Counted from the stretch's first letter, positions 29,167 through 40,348 are shown. The stretch: DNA of 64,000 bases from Spirochaetota bacterium (GCA_963664815.2 CAXXHB010000003.1:1440001-1504000), one strand, 5' to 3'. Notes: a model not told the origin generated them from the letters alone. Numbers and translations are program-made.

Positions 29167-31338
29167 ATGAATATATTAAACAGAATCAACAGATCCATAT
29201 CGGCATTTATAAAAAACCTTAGCAGCACGCTCGTTTTGTCTTCTATACGACAGGGGCTGACATTGATGATTCCTGTTATGATGATAGGTGCTTTCGCACT
29301 GTTTGTAAACAATATTCCGGTTAAATCTTATCAGATTTTCATGAAGAGTATTTTTGGAGAGGGTTGGGAGTCTTTCGGGATTTATGTTCATCGCGGCACA
29401 TTTTCAATAATGTCTGTCGGCATGCTTCTTACAATCAGTTATTCAATGGCCGGTAATTCTACCATGGGGAAGAAGAATAAAGTAAATCCGGTAATTGCTT
29501 CAATTGTTGCTATGGCGTCACTTTTTTCAATTATGCATGTGAGTAATGACATGTTACGTTTCAGCTGGCTTGGCCCTCTTGGCGTATTTCCAGCAATAGT
29601 AATTGCGTGTTTATCAACATCGGTCTTTATCTATTTTTCATCTGTCCCCTGGCTCAGGATAAGGATGTACAGTAATACAGCCGACCAGAATCTTACCCAG
29701 TCAATTGCTTCGATGATTCCTGCGCTGTTGACAATATCAGTCTTTGCACTGTTTCGCCTGTGTATGACGGGATTTGGCATAGAGGATATGTATGCTGAAA
29801 TAAACCTATGGCTTAAAAATTTATTCACTGGGACATCATCTTCGCTGCTGACGGCAGTTATTTTCATCAGCCTTATACATATATTCTGGTTTTTCGGAAT
29901 TCACGGCAATAATGTACTTGAACCTGTGACACAGACTCTATTTGTTCCGGCGCTTGCAGTAAACCAGTCCCTTGTTGCACAGGGGCATCAGCCGGTTGAG
30001 ATATTTACAAAGCAGTTTTTTGATGTGTTTGTTCTGCTTGGCGGATCCGGTTCAACTCTTTGCCTTATAATTGCAATCATTATCAGCACGCGACGCAGCA
30101 ACACGAAACAGATTGCGTCAATATCGGCTCTGCCGAGTCTTATCAACGTCAATGAAATCATGATTTTCGGAATTCCGGTAATTCTTAATTTTTATCTTCT
30201 GATTCCATTTGTTTTACTCCCCGTAATGCTTACGGTTATTACATATACAGCAATGTCGCTCGGCTTTGTAAATCTGACAATTGCCCCTGTTGAATGGACT
30301 ACGCCGATTTTCATTGGAGGCTACATCGCAACCGGATCAATTGCAGGGGCATTTCTGCAGCTGTTTAATCTTGTTGCCGGAATTCTGTTTTACTGGCCTT
30401 TTATCAGGCTTAATGAAAAACATCTGGCTGACGGGCAGGCCGAACAGCTGAAAAAACTCTCACTCGAAATAGAACATCTTGAAGAGATGAAGGAGACAAT
30501 ACTGCTTGGCAGACCCGACAGCATGGGTAATCTTTCAAGGCTTCTGATTAGCGATCTTGAACGCGATCTCAGGAGTGAGAAGCTGAAGCTTGTATATCAG
30601 CCGCAGGTAAACTCTGATAATAAAATGACAGGGATGGAGGCGCTGCTGAGATGGGAACATGCCGAATTGGGTTTCATTGCGCCTCCGTTGATAATAGCAC
30701 TTGCCGAAGAGACACCAATTATAAATGAGCTTGGTATCTGGATAGTCAGAACCGCATGTTTACAGATGAAAGAGTGGAGGCGGGCAGGAATAAAAGGATT
30801 AGATGATATAACAATTTCTATAAATATATCTCCACATCAGCTGGATGATCCCTCGTTTTGTTCAAAAGTGAAGTCCATATTGCTTGAAGCAGGGCTATCT
30901 TCATCATCCCTTGAATTGGAAATTACCGAGCAGGTTGCTCTTGGCGGAATCAAGAGGCTTAAGAGACTTGATGAGCTGAAGGAAATGGGGATTAAACTGG
31001 CAATGGATGATTTTGGTATGGGACATAGTTCATTAATGTATCTGAAAGAGCTGAGTCTTGATACCATTAAACTTGACGGTGCATTGATTCATGAAGTGAC
31101 TGTAAATGAAAAATGCCGTGATATTATCAGCTCAATTGTACAGCTGGGGAATACTATGGGAATTGCTGTAATAGCCGAGTTTGTCGATTCTCTCCACCAG
31201 CAGCAGGAGCTTCTGCGTCTGGGCTGCCTGATATACCAGGGATATCTTTACAGTCCTCCGCTGAAACCTGATGAACTGCTCCCATTCTACATGAAACTGT
31301 CATTTGACCGGCAAAGCAGAATTGAAACTGACATCTGA
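29167..31338 (+). CDS. PTS EIIC (cellobiose/lactose type)-EAL phosphodiesterase fusion
   Basis: FWFFGIHG, GGSGSTL, NVNEIMIFGIP; C-terminal YQPQ…EAL…LEITE…DDFGMGHSS…KLD…AEFV…QGY. Confidence 0.9.
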   Translation: MNILNRINRSISAFIKNLSSTLVLSSIRQGLTLMIPVMMIGAFALFVNNIPVKSYQIFMKSIFGEGWESFGIYVHRGTFSIMSVGMLLTISYSMAGNSTMGKKNKVNPVIASIVAMASLFSIMHVSNDMLRFSWLGPLGVFPAIVIACLSTSVFIYFSSVPWLRIRMYSNTADQNLTQSIASMIPALLTISVFALFRLCMTGFGIEDMYAEINLWLKNLFTGTSSSLLTAVIFISLIHIFWFFGIHGNNVLEPVTQTLFVPALAVNQSLVAQGHQPVEIFTKQFFDVFVLLGGSGSTLCLIIAIIISTRRSNTKQIASISALPSLINVNEIMIFGIPVILNFYLLIPFVLLPVMLTVITYTAMSLGFVNLTIAPVEWTTPIFIGGYIATGSIAGAFLQLFNLVAGILFYWPFIRLNEKHLADGQAEQLKKLSLEIEHLEEMKETILLGRPDSMGNLSRLLISDLERDLRSEKLKLVYQPQVNSDNKMTGMEALLRWEHAELGFIAPPLIIALAEETPIINELGIWIVRTACLQMKEWRRAGIKGLDDITISINISPHQLDDPSFCSKVKSILLEAGLSSSSLELEITEQVALGGIKRLKRLDELKEMGIKLAMDDFGMGHSSLMYLKELSLDTIKLDGALIHEVTVNEKCRDIISSIVQLGNTMGIAVIAEFVDSLHQQQELLRLGCLIYQGYLYSPPLKPDELLPFYMKLSFDRQSRIETDI

Positions 31339-31608
31339 TTTTCAGCAGTTCATATATATAAGACTTGTTTCTTCCACGGTTTTTACAGAGTTAAGGGGGT
31401 GAGCCCCTGAAAAGATTACACTCAAGTATTCCTGAACGCTGTAGATGCCGGTCGGGAAATAACTCAGTTGTTATTATTTCTTGACATTTTATTTGGGATA
31501 AGAATTTTCAGAAAATGAGTATTTAAAAGTTTAAACATTGATATCTGAAGGAAAGTTTAGGGAATCGTTTATATTTCCTGGTCTATTTTTTAAAGGAAGG
31601 AGATTATA

Positions 31609-33534
31609 GTGGCAATTGAAAACAGTAACAATACTGCCTATAATGTGAGTGAATACAGTATTGAAAGAATTGACGGGAAAAAGAAAAAAGCATTTTTTCC
31701 GATAAGTCTTAAACTTATAACAATGATTTCACTGATAGTTTTAATCTCGCTTCTTTCAGTTTCGGTTGTGGCAACTTACTTCTTCATGGCAGACAATAAA
31801 GTCAGGGCTATGGAGGATACTCTCAACTATTCGACTCTGATATCAAAGAAGGTCTATACCGATCTTGTATCGATTACTGATAAAGGAAAAATTGCTGCTA
31901 TTAATTTACGCGGGGTAAAATCGGGAAAAGCAGGGGGGGCTTTATCGTTCATGGAGATGATGCTCTCCGGGGATTCTGATATGATTTTAATCGGCGTTAT
32001 GGATAAGGACAAGATCGATTCAATCCGCTATATTCAGAACAATGATTTTTTTATGCGGAAAGGGATAAAACTAGACGTGAAATCGATTATTAAATCGGAA
32101 TATGAAACAATTTCGAGATCATTTGCCAGGGAGGAGGTTATCTTTAATCCTTCATTATATTTCAACGAGGCTGTTATCGGCATTTCGCTTCCGTATGATC
32201 CGGCCGTGAGTGATTCTATTATAATAATATTCTATTCGATGGACAAAATACTGGAGTCAATAAGCACGGGTGGAATAATAAACAGCATAATCGTCGCAGG
32301 AAACGGTGATATTATTGCACACAGGGACAGGGATCTGGTAAAATCAAAAACGAACTACGCAACAATGCCGGTTGTGAGTCTTATGATGAAAAACCCGAAT
32401 CCCAATGCGCAGACAGCATATACTGATGAAACAGGCGCAAAATGCCTTGGCGCATTTAACAGGATAGGTTTTTCAGACGGAGCAGTCGTTTCATATGTTA
32501 AACAGGATCAGGCTTTCGCCATGGTCTACAAGATCCAGCGGATTATTATATGGCTTACCGGGGTTGTACTCTCGGCTTCGTTTCTGATAACACTTTTATT
32601 CTCACGTTCATTGAGCAGACCTATAAAAATGCTCACAGATGCATCCCGTAAAATAAAGGAGGGGATCTATGATCTTGAGATATCATCTGTTTCGCATGAT
32701 GAGATTGGTGAACTGACAGATTCATTCCGCGATATGGCACAGGGGCTGGCTGAAAGGGAGAGGATAAAGAGCGCATTCGGGAAATTTGTAAATAAAACTA
32801 TTGCCGATCTGGTATTGAACAACGAGGTTAAGGTGGGGGGGGAGAGAAAGGACGTTGCGGTTTTCTTTTCAGATATACGCTCTTTCACCAGTATTTCCGA
32901 ATCGCTTGAACCGGAAGAGGTTGTTGAATTTTTAAATCAATATATTGAACGGATGGTTAACTGCGTAAACAGGACAAGGGGTGTTGTTGATAAGTATATC
33001 GGTGATGCAATAATGGCCATATGGGGCGCACCGGTTACATCCGGCGACGATCCCTTTAATGCGGTAAATGCCTCTCTTCTGATGAGGGAACAGCTTATTG
33101 AATTCAATGCCGACAGAGGAACGGAAAAGAAACCTGTAATCAGTATAGGTATGGGTATACATTACGGACCGGTGCTTGCTGGACAGATAGGATCAGAGGA
33201 TAAAATGGAGTACACCGTAATAGGTGATACTGTAAATCTTGCGTCGCGTATTGAGAGCCTTAACAAGGCTTTCGGTACTGATATACTGATTTCTGAGGAG
33301 ACTGCAAACCGGGTTAAAGACAGGTTCAGGATGGTTCCCATGGAAAAAATCTCAGTGAAGGGTAAAAGCGAACCTCTTACAGTTTATGCTGTTCTTGGAC
33401 GTTTCGCTAATCCAGATTCACCAAAAACCATAACTGAGCTGAGAAGGCTTCTGGGAACCGAGGATTCTTTTAAAGAAAAAGGCGACAAGAATTATACTTT
33501 TGATAAAGAAGTAAAGTATGAAATACCTGGCTAA
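31609..33534 (+). CDS. Membrane class III adenylate/guanylate cyclase (Cache-HAMP-cyclase)
   Basis: FSDIRSFT, VDKYIGDAIMA, YTVIGDTVNLASRIE, VKGK; the K in VDK fits adenylate specificity. Confidence 0.93.
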   Translation: MAIENSNNTAYNVSEYSIERIDGKKKKAFFPISLKLITMISLIVLISLLSVSVVATYFFMADNKVRAMEDTLNYSTLISKKVYTDLVSITDKGKIAAINLRGVKSGKAGGALSFMEMMLSGDSDMILIGVMDKDKIDSIRYIQNNDFFMRKGIKLDVKSIIKSEYETISRSFAREEVIFNPSLYFNEAVIGISLPYDPAVSDSIIIIFYSMDKILESISTGGIINSIIVAGNGDIIAHRDRDLVKSKTNYATMPVVSLMMKNPNPNAQTAYTDETGAKCLGAFNRIGFSDGAVVSYVKQDQAFAMVYKIQRIIIWLTGVVLSASFLITLLFSRSLSRPIKMLTDASRKIKEGIYDLEISSVSHDEIGELTDSFRDMAQGLAERERIKSAFGKFVNKTIADLVLNNEVKVGGERKDVAVFFSDIRSFTSISESLEPEEVVEFLNQYIERMVNCVNRTRGVVDKYIGDAIMAIWGAPVTSGDDPFNAVNASLLMREQLIEFNADRGTEKKPVISIGMGIHYGPVLAGQIGSEDKMEYTVIGDTVNLASRIESLNKAFGTDILISEETANRVKDRFRMVPMEKISVKGKSEPLTVYAVLGRFANPDSPKTITELRRLLGTEDSFKEKGDKNYTFDKEVKYEIPG

Positions 33535-35596
33535 TATTGTAATCGCAATCAGTATCGGTTTTCTCGGCTACTGCTCATACTATCTTTATAAAGAATTGAC
33601 CTCTCATGTTGATAAAAAGGGTGGTGAGGTAATAGGGAACATTGTATTCAAGAAAAAAAATGCATCAAGAAGATATACTGACAGCGTAATATGGGAGGAT
33701 ATTGCGCAGGAATCGGAGATATATAATTACGATGCTATCCGCACGATGGAGCAGTCCTCGGCGGTACTCACACTTAAAGACGGGACTAAAATTGAACTCG
33801 ACCAGAATACAATGCTCGTTGTTATAATGACAGATAAAGCGTTGAATATTAATTTCGATAAAGGTGGAGTTACGGCACAGAACACGTCCGGTTCGCAGAG
33901 TTCAATTGTCCTGAATTCAAAAGATGCTTCAATAGCTCTTAACAAAGGTGATATATCAGTCAACAGCGATGATGGCGGTATGGATATTCACCTTAATTCC
34001 GGGAATGCCAAGGTTTCTGCCGGCGGCAAAGAACTCTCAATCACACCAGATGTGGCGGCAACGTTGAAGAACGGGGTTGCAGAATCAAGCAATGAGGAGC
34101 TGATCCCTGAGTACCCGAAACACAATTCACACATGGTGTCTTTTGACAAATCCATGCCGGTGAGCTTTTCGTGGAAGAGCGGGGCAACAGGTGAGGCAAA
34201 GGTGGAAATTGCACTTAATAACAGGTTTAATCCGGTGCAGAAAAGCTATACATCAAGAAAACCGTCACTTACAGCCGAGCTGCCGGCCGGAGACTACTAC
34301 TGGCGTGTTGTTAAGGGTAAATCGGTCAGTCGTTCAGTAAAGTTTTCGATACTGTCGGATAAAAAGCCTGAACTTATGACGCCATATTCAAACCAGAAAA
34401 TAGTATTAACAGAAGGGGCGGAGAATGTAACATTCCGCTGGGATAAATCTAAGTATGCAGTAAACTATGAAATAACTGTAGCAAGGGATAAGGAGATGTC
34501 GGATATTGCACTGAACCTGACATCGAGGATTAATATAATATCTGCATCACAGCTTGAGCAGGGAAATTATTTCTGGAGAGTGAAAAGCATATATCCTGAA
34601 GGTATGCTTGCAGATTCCACAACATCCGGTCCCGGTTTATTTTCGCTGGAAAAACGACAGTTCGCCCTTGCAAGGGTAATACCTATAGACCAGGGGAGTG
34701 TAACAACGGGCGGGGCATTCAACCTGAAGTGGAAAGGTATGGATGGAGCAAAGGGTTACAGGGTGGAGATTGCCTCCGACCCGGAATTCAGCAGCATTAT
34801 AATGGCGAAGAATGCTGTTGCTACATATGTAAGGATAGATGAAAAATTATCTCCGGGAAAATACTACTGGCGGGTAAACGCCGCGAGGGGGGGGAAAAAC
34901 TCGGAATGGTCAGAAACAGTGCTTCTCCCTGTAACTGAACCTGTTGAGATAAATCTTCTGTACCCGGTAGCGGGAGCAGTGCTTTTTGAGAAACCGGAAA
35001 CAATTAATTTCTCATGGAGCGATCCAAACAGCGGCGGAAATTACACAGTTGAATTGTCGGAAAGGAATGACTTCAGGTATATAAAGGAATCACAGCAGAC
35101 ATCTTCATCGAATATAAAAATAGAGAGCCCTGGACTGGGTGTATACTTCTGGAGGGTTATACTGAAAGATAAAACCGGCAAAACTATTGCCCAGAGCAGA
35201 CCTGGTGATTTTACAATACCGGCCGATATGAAAGCGCCTGTGCTTATCTCCCCGAAAGAACATGAAAAAATTATTCCGGGAATCAGAAAGGGTTTGAGGC
35301 TGCAATGGGAAAAGATTGATGGTGTCAGCGAATATGAAGTGGAGCTTTTCCAGCGTATGGCGGGAACTGAAAGATCACTATCGGTATATACGGCTAAAAA
35401 ACCTTTTATTGATCTTGCAAACGAACTGCTTTACAAACCGGGGGAGTTCAGCTGGAAGGTAAAGGCAAAAAAAATGAAAGGGGGGAAGGTTACAGCCTAC
35501 AGGGAGTCTCAGAAATCATTTTTTGAAATTGAAGCCGTTAACCTGCTCCCGGCGCCGGTAATAAAAAGCCCTGAAATTCTTTTTAACTCGAAGTGA
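33518..35596 (+). CDS. FecR-domain protein with repeated FN3/Ig-like domains
   Basis: N-terminal TM; YDAIRT…DGTKIELDQNT; repeated F.W…Y.VE.A…GxYYWRV units. Confidence 0.82.
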   Translation: MKYLANIVIAISIGFLGYCSYYLYKELTSHVDKKGGEVIGNIVFKKKNASRRYTDSVIWEDIAQESEIYNYDAIRTMEQSSAVLTLKDGTKIELDQNTMLVVIMTDKALNINFDKGGVTAQNTSGSQSSIVLNSKDASIALNKGDISVNSDDGGMDIHLNSGNAKVSAGGKELSITPDVAATLKNGVAESSNEELIPEYPKHNSHMVSFDKSMPVSFSWKSGATGEAKVEIALNNRFNPVQKSYTSRKPSLTAELPAGDYYWRVVKGKSVSRSVKFSILSDKKPELMTPYSNQKIVLTEGAENVTFRWDKSKYAVNYEITVARDKEMSDIALNLTSRINIISASQLEQGNYFWRVKSIYPEGMLADSTTSGPGLFSLEKRQFALARVIPIDQGSVTTGGAFNLKWKGMDGAKGYRVEIASDPEFSSIIMAKNAVATYVRIDEKLSPGKYYWRVNAARGGKNSEWSETVLLPVTEPVEINLLYPVAGAVLFEKPETINFSWSDPNSGGNYTVELSERNDFRYIKESQQTSSSNIKIESPGLGVYFWRVILKDKTGKTIAQSRPGDFTIPADMKAPVLISPKEHEKIIPGIRKGLRLQWEKIDGVSEYEVELFQRMAGTERSLSVYTAKKPFIDLANELLYKPGEFSWKVKAKKMKGGKVTAYRESQKSFFEIEAVNLLPAPVIKSPEILFNSK

Positions 35597-36681
35597 CAGG
35601 GATGAAAAGATTACTTTTACTGCTTCTCGCAATCATCATAACAAAAGCTGCCTATACGGAACCGGGCAGAAAAATTACATGGGAACCTGTTCCCGGCGCC
35701 TGGGGATATGTGCTTGAAATACAGAATTCAGGCGGAACTGTAATTGTTAACAGTGAAATAAAAGACAACTATTATTCAGTATCGGATTTCGAGCCGGGAG
35801 AATACCTCTTCAGGATAGCGACACTTAACCTGCTGAAACAGAAGGGTGAAAGCACCGGCTGGAACAGGTTTGTTGTGGCGAAGCTTTATGTTCCTCAGCT
35901 TTTCTCAGTCTCACGAAGGCAGATGGTCAGCTCCTATATGAACAAAAATATACTTGTAACGGGAAAAAATTTCATGAAGGAGAGCAGGTTCCTTCTGCGT
36001 GGAAACGGAAAGGAGGTAGACCTGACAGGGGGCGTTAAGATTATCTCGGCCGGTGAGGCCATGATCAGCTATAAGCCTGCGTCATCCCTTAAAGGGAGGT
36101 ATGATTTTGTTGTTGTAAACACGGGAGATGTTGAGGCTGTCTTAAAAAATGGAATGGAGATTGTTGAACCTGCAGAGGCTGAGAGGTTTTATTTTATAGG
36201 GATAGGGTATATGCTTAATGTCCCCGGAGGCTTCTGGGCAGATTACTTCGATACCTCGTATACCGGCGGGAAGATGTACTTTCAGTTTTCCTTTAAAAAC
36301 CCTGTATTACAGAATTTCCTGTTTGAAGCAGAGGCTGACGCGGTAAGGCATAACAACAAGAGTTCAATAAATAAAAGTTCGTTTCAGTACGCTTCACTCG
36401 GACTGGGGTTGGGATATTACTACCCCTTTGTAACAACGAACCTTGAGGTATTTATAAAATTCAACGGTGGACCGGTTTATACTGTACTGACGTTGAATAG
36501 TAATGTGGTGGATAAAAAGAACGCTACAGTCGATTATTTTGCCATGGGAGCTGCAGGTATGAGAATAAACATTGGCGACAGATTTTTTATTGAACCATCG
36601 GGAAGCTGGAAGACGATCTTTTACAAAAAGGAATACCTTCATGAAATGGGGGGATCGATCTGTGTCGGGTTTAAGATCTGA
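35593..36681 (+). CDS. Exported FN3/IPT-like + outer-membrane beta-barrel-like protein
   Basis: Signal peptide; WEPVPGAWGY..EI, GEYLFRI; alternating aromatic strands ending VGFKI. Confidence 0.65.
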   Translation: MTGMKRLLLLLLAIIITKAAYTEPGRKITWEPVPGAWGYVLEIQNSGGTVIVNSEIKDNYYSVSDFEPGEYLFRIATLNLLKQKGESTGWNRFVVAKLYVPQLFSVSRRQMVSSYMNKNILVTGKNFMKESRFLLRGNGKEVDLTGGVKIISAGEAMISYKPASSLKGRYDFVVVNTGDVEAVLKNGMEIVEPAEAERFYFIGIGYMLNVPGGFWADYFDTSYTGGKMYFQFSFKNPVLQNFLFEAEADAVRHNNKSSINKSSFQYASLGLGLGYYYPFVTTNLEVFIKFNGGPVYTVLTLNSNVVDKKNATVDYFAMGAAGMRINIGDRFFIEPSGSWKTIFYKKEYLHEMGGSICVGFKI

Positions 36682-36706
36682 AATTAAGCTTTAAGTAAAA
36701 GGAGAA

Positions 36707-39031
36707 TTATAAATTCTCCCAGTGCAAGTAGGGATAGCCGTTGTTTTTGGCTGCATTAATATCCCAGTTTGGTGCAGTAGAGAAGTCCCAGTTTATATAA
36801 GTTGATGCAGTTTTCATAGCGGCTGTATTTACCCCGTATACATATGTAGTTATACTTGCTCCTGAACCTGAAAATGAATCACTATTCCAGAAAAGATAAT
36901 TAAATGTGTTTGAAGTACCATCGTTTCCTATTAGAGCATTGGCTGAAAAAGCGGTACCGGTTGAATAGCAATAATCTATCGTGCCGAAGTTAGAGCCGAC
37001 AAGTCCACCCCTTATAGTACCGGATGTGACATTACCAGTTGAATAACAGTTAGATATTGAACCACTGTTAACACCAGCCAGACCTCCCGCACCAGTATTA
37101 CTCGCAGAGACGTTTCCTTTGGCACAGGAAAGAGATATAGAAAAACCTGCAGTTGAACTGTTATATCCCACAAGACCGCCTACCTGGGTATTCCCGGTGA
37201 CAGTGCAGTCTGAGTAGCATTGAGTTATTGTTCCGGCTGTAGATGAGTTGGTTCCGGCAAATCCGCCGATGGAACTTCCAGTGCCTGTAACAGTGCCTGT
37301 TATATGCCAGCACCCTGTTATTGTAGATGAATTTGAACCGATGAATCCACCAACACTGGATGTACCATTAACATTGCCGGTTGAATAATTGCCTGTGCTG
37401 ATTGATGCTGAAGATAATCCTGCGAATCCTCCTACATTAGACGTTCCTGTTACAGTTCCAGTTGCATAGTTATTTATACCGATAGAACCTGAATTGTTTC
37501 CCACGAACCCTCCAACCCATGCTGTACCTGAAATTGTACCTGCAGCGTAATTTCCGGTACTGATGCTTCCGGCAGATGAGCTGTAACCTGCAAATCCCCC
37601 GACATTTTGTGCTCCTGAAGCGTCACCAGTCGCATAATTATTCATCCCTATTGAACTTGAATTATTACCGATAAAACCGCCTGAATAATTAGCACCTGTA
37701 ACATCACCCGTAGAGTAATTGTTGTCACCTATAACGCCGCTTGATGAATTTTCTCCGACGAAACCGCCGACATCGTTTGCCGAAGATGCGGAAACATTTC
37801 CAGTGGAGTATGAATTATTGATGCTGCCACTGTAGGCATTACTGGCGACAAATCCGCCTGCTATTGTGGTTGAACCTGGTATTGTAACAGTTCCGGATGC
37901 ATTGCAGTTTGCTATACTTCCGCTGCGGTGATTTATACCTGCAAAGCCTCCGATATTATTTGTTCCTGTTACATCTGATGAAGATGAGGAACCGGTAATG
38001 CTGTAACCATATACTGTAAGTCCGTTGGTTCCGATCAGACCACCCGCATTGGTTGCACCATTTACATTTCCGGCTGATGTGCAGCTGCTTATTGAAAAAC
38101 CGGCAGGGCTGCATTCTGTGTGGCCAATAAGCCCCCCTGTATTATTTGATGTACCTGTTACAACAGCGGTTATATCGCAGCCGGAAACGGTGCAGTTATA
38201 GGCATAACCGATAAGTCCGCCTGTATTTTCATTTCCGCTGACAGTTGAAGATCCTGAAACATCACAGTTGGTAACTGTCGCTGCATTAATAGAACCTGCA
38301 AGGGCTCCGGTAAGGTCATGGCCTGTAATATTAACGTCAGCGAGATTAATATTCTGAATTACAGCGGAACTGGTTATGCTTCCGAAAAGACCCTGGTAGT
38401 CCGCTGAGGGACGGTTTATGGTGAGATCCTGTATTATAAAATTTCCACCGTCATAGTTTCCTGTGAATGGACTGGTACTGGTGCCGACAGGAACCCATCC
38501 CGTACCCGATGCGTAAGATGCAAGGGTGATATTTGTTGTCTGTTTAAAATATTTATTTGTATCAATACCGTTATTTACATTAGTAGAGAGATTTTTCAGA
38601 TGCGTTGAGGTGGCAATTTCATAAGGGTATGTTGCCGAACCGTCTCCGATTTTAACTGTAAATGATGATGTGTCACTTACCCTGTTTGGATCGCATACCG
38701 AGACCTTTATCTGGTATGTCCCTGGCGACAGAACCGTTGAATCAATTATAAAAGGGGATGTAAATTCTTTACCGTTGTAATATGTAGGATCCGAACCGTC
38801 TGTTGTATATTTGAAGACTGTTTCAGTATCGCTTGGGGTCATTATTATCTTGAATTTGTCATTGTTGTAACTGGATGTATCGGCGGGTGAACAGCTTGCA
38901 GTTTTTGTGATCACAGTGTTATATTTATCTGCTTTGACAGTAATGTCCTCCGATTGTCCGCAGGATGATATAAAAAAAACTGTAACCGGAATTGTTAATA
39001 ATGATTTTATTGATCTCTTCATTTTTGCCAT
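36707..39031 (-). CDS. Surface lipoprotein with chitobiase-C-like domain and GLUG repeats
   Basis: Lipobox ISSC; YTTDGSDPT; many S.G.VTG…VGG(F/L)VG.N repeats; NNGYPYL. Confidence 0.85.
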   Translation of the reverse strand: MAKMKRSIKSLLTIPVTVFFISSCGQSEDITVKADKYNTVITKTASCSPADTSSYNNDKFKIIMTPSDTETVFKYTTDGSDPTYYNGKEFTSPFIIDSTVLSPGTYQIKVSVCDPNRVSDTSSFTVKIGDGSATYPYEIATSTHLKNLSTNVNNGIDTNKYFKQTTNITLASYASGTGWVPVGTSTSPFTGNYDGGNFIIQDLTINRPSADYQGLFGSITSSAVIQNINLADVNITGHDLTGALAGSINAATVTNCDVSGSSTVSGNENTGGLIGYAYNCTVSGCDITAVVTGTSNNTGGLIGHTECSPAGFSISSCTSAGNVNGATNAGGLIGTNGLTVYGYSITGSSSSSDVTGTNNIGGFAGINHRSGSIANCNASGTVTIPGSTTIAGGFVASNAYSGSINNSYSTGNVSASSANDVGGFVGENSSSGVIGDNNYSTGDVTGANYSGGFIGNNSSSIGMNNYATGDASGAQNVGGFAGYSSSAGSISTGNYAAGTISGTAWVGGFVGNNSGSIGINNYATGTVTGTSNVGGFAGLSSASISTGNYSTGNVNGTSSVGGFIGSNSSTITGCWHITGTVTGTGSSIGGFAGTNSSTAGTITQCYSDCTVTGNTQVGGLVGYNSSTAGFSISLSCAKGNVSASNTGAGGLAGVNSGSISNCYSTGNVTSGTIRGGLVGSNFGTIDYCYSTGTAFSANALIGNDGTSNTFNYLFWNSDSFSGSGASITTYVYGVNTAAMKTASTYINWDFSTAPNWDINAAKNNGYPYLHWENL

Positions 39032-39310
39032 TGATAATTATATATTTAATAAATCTATAATAATTCGTTCTGATATTAATTATGGCCAAATATTAAATAT
39101 TGTCAATAAAATAATATGTAAAAAAAGCGCTGGATACTGTTACAGAGATTCAAAAAAATGAGCTGATTTTATTTCTGAGGATCTTCAAATGACATTAAAT
39201 ACAGGTGTGGAAACATGCCAGGCATATATAAAGCTCTTCCATCCGGAAAAGATTCATATATTTTAAATCGATTCCGGTGGAATGAAAGTCTATAATTATT
39301 ATCTTTTTTA

Positions 39311-39664
39311 TTATCTTTTCATGGCCATACGACCTTCTGAAGCCATATGCCTGGCAAAATTTTCGTAACCGTTTTGCTTTATATATTCAATGCATTTACG
39401 CCTGTCAGATCTGAAGATAAGTCCGAATAAACGTGAGATCGGATTATGAAATTCCCTGCATTCCAATGGTTCGGTATAAGTGGTGCAGTCGCTGCAGCTT
39501 TTATAATTATTGGTTATGCAGCATTTTCTTACTCCGCACCATGTGGCTTTTTCGTTTTTTGCACATCCCGGGCATTTACCTTTGGCGTATTTACCGCATG
39601 CTTCACAGTATAATCCGCAGTATGCTATGTTTTCAGCATTAACATTAATTGTTTTATTATTCAT
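39311..39664 (-). CDS. DUF3795-like Cys-rich protein
   Basis: AYCGLYCEAC…CPGC…CGVRKCC…CSDC; start set at MNNK after GGAGG. Confidence 0.75.
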   Translation of the reverse strand: MNNKTINVNAENIAYCGLYCEACGKYAKGKCPGCAKNEKATWCGVRKCCITNNYKSCSDCTTYTEPLECREFHNPISRLFGLIFRSDRRKCIEYIKQNGYENFARHMASEGRMAMKR

Positions 39665-39764
39665 AATATTACCTCCTTTTTCTAGGGAAACATATGTGTA
39701 GTATAATGTCAAGCAGAAATTTAAGTTTACTGTACCTGTTCATTAATCAACCCATGTATGACAA

Positions 39765-40226
39765 CTATGCCTCTATTACACCTGTTGATTTAAGAGTGTC
39801 CATCTTTTTCGAGATAGGATATTGCAGGAATGTACCCATTCCCTTTGCTATAAGTCTTCCGCTTTTTGCATCCTTTATGCTGCCGCTGGTGCATATTATA
39901 GTTGAACCTGAGAAATCGATATCGGCGGTACCTTCGAGTACTTCACCAGGCTTACCGGTGGATAGATAGTTTATTTTATACTCAACCGTTGAGCAGAGAT
40001 TACCCTGAGATACGGCAAGCGAAAGGGCTGTAACACCGAGAACTGCATCCATCATTGCAGAGATAACTCCCCCGTGGCACTGGTCGGGGGAGGTAAGGTG
40101 GTCGTCAATAACCTCCAGGGTATAGGTAATTCTCCCCGGAGCGTGAACCTGAAGTTTCATCCCGAGAAATCTGTCAAAGCGTACAAGCTCAGAATAATAC
40201 TTTTCAAAAATATCCATAGATACCAT
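39765..40226 (-). CDS. PaaI-family thioesterase
   Basis: HGGVISAMMD, TVEYKINYL. Confidence 0.88.
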   Translation of the reverse strand: MVSMDIFEKYYSELVRFDRFLGMKLQVHAPGRITYTLEVIDDHLTSPDQCHGGVISAMMDAVLGVTALSLAVSQGNLCSTVEYKINYLSTGKPGEVLEGTADIDFSGSTIICTSGSIKDAKSGRLIAKGMGTFLQYPISKKMDTLKSTGVIEA

Positions 40227-40348
40227 GCAATTCTCCTGCGGAATCAGATCATTTATATAATAATTAAAACAGATATCGAAAACTATGCAACATTTAATTG
40301 AATTAATTCAGTAATAATTAAAGTTCGATTAAAACCGGAACATTCAGT

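Noticed and set aside
31393-31460. TPP-riboswitch-like sequence upstream of the cyclase
   Set aside because: Lacks the CUGAGA core, a TTGACA promoter candidate lies downstream of it, and the gene context does not fit
36707-38400. Repetitive DNA in the large lipoprotein gene as a special element
   Set aside because: Explained by protein-level GLUG repeats
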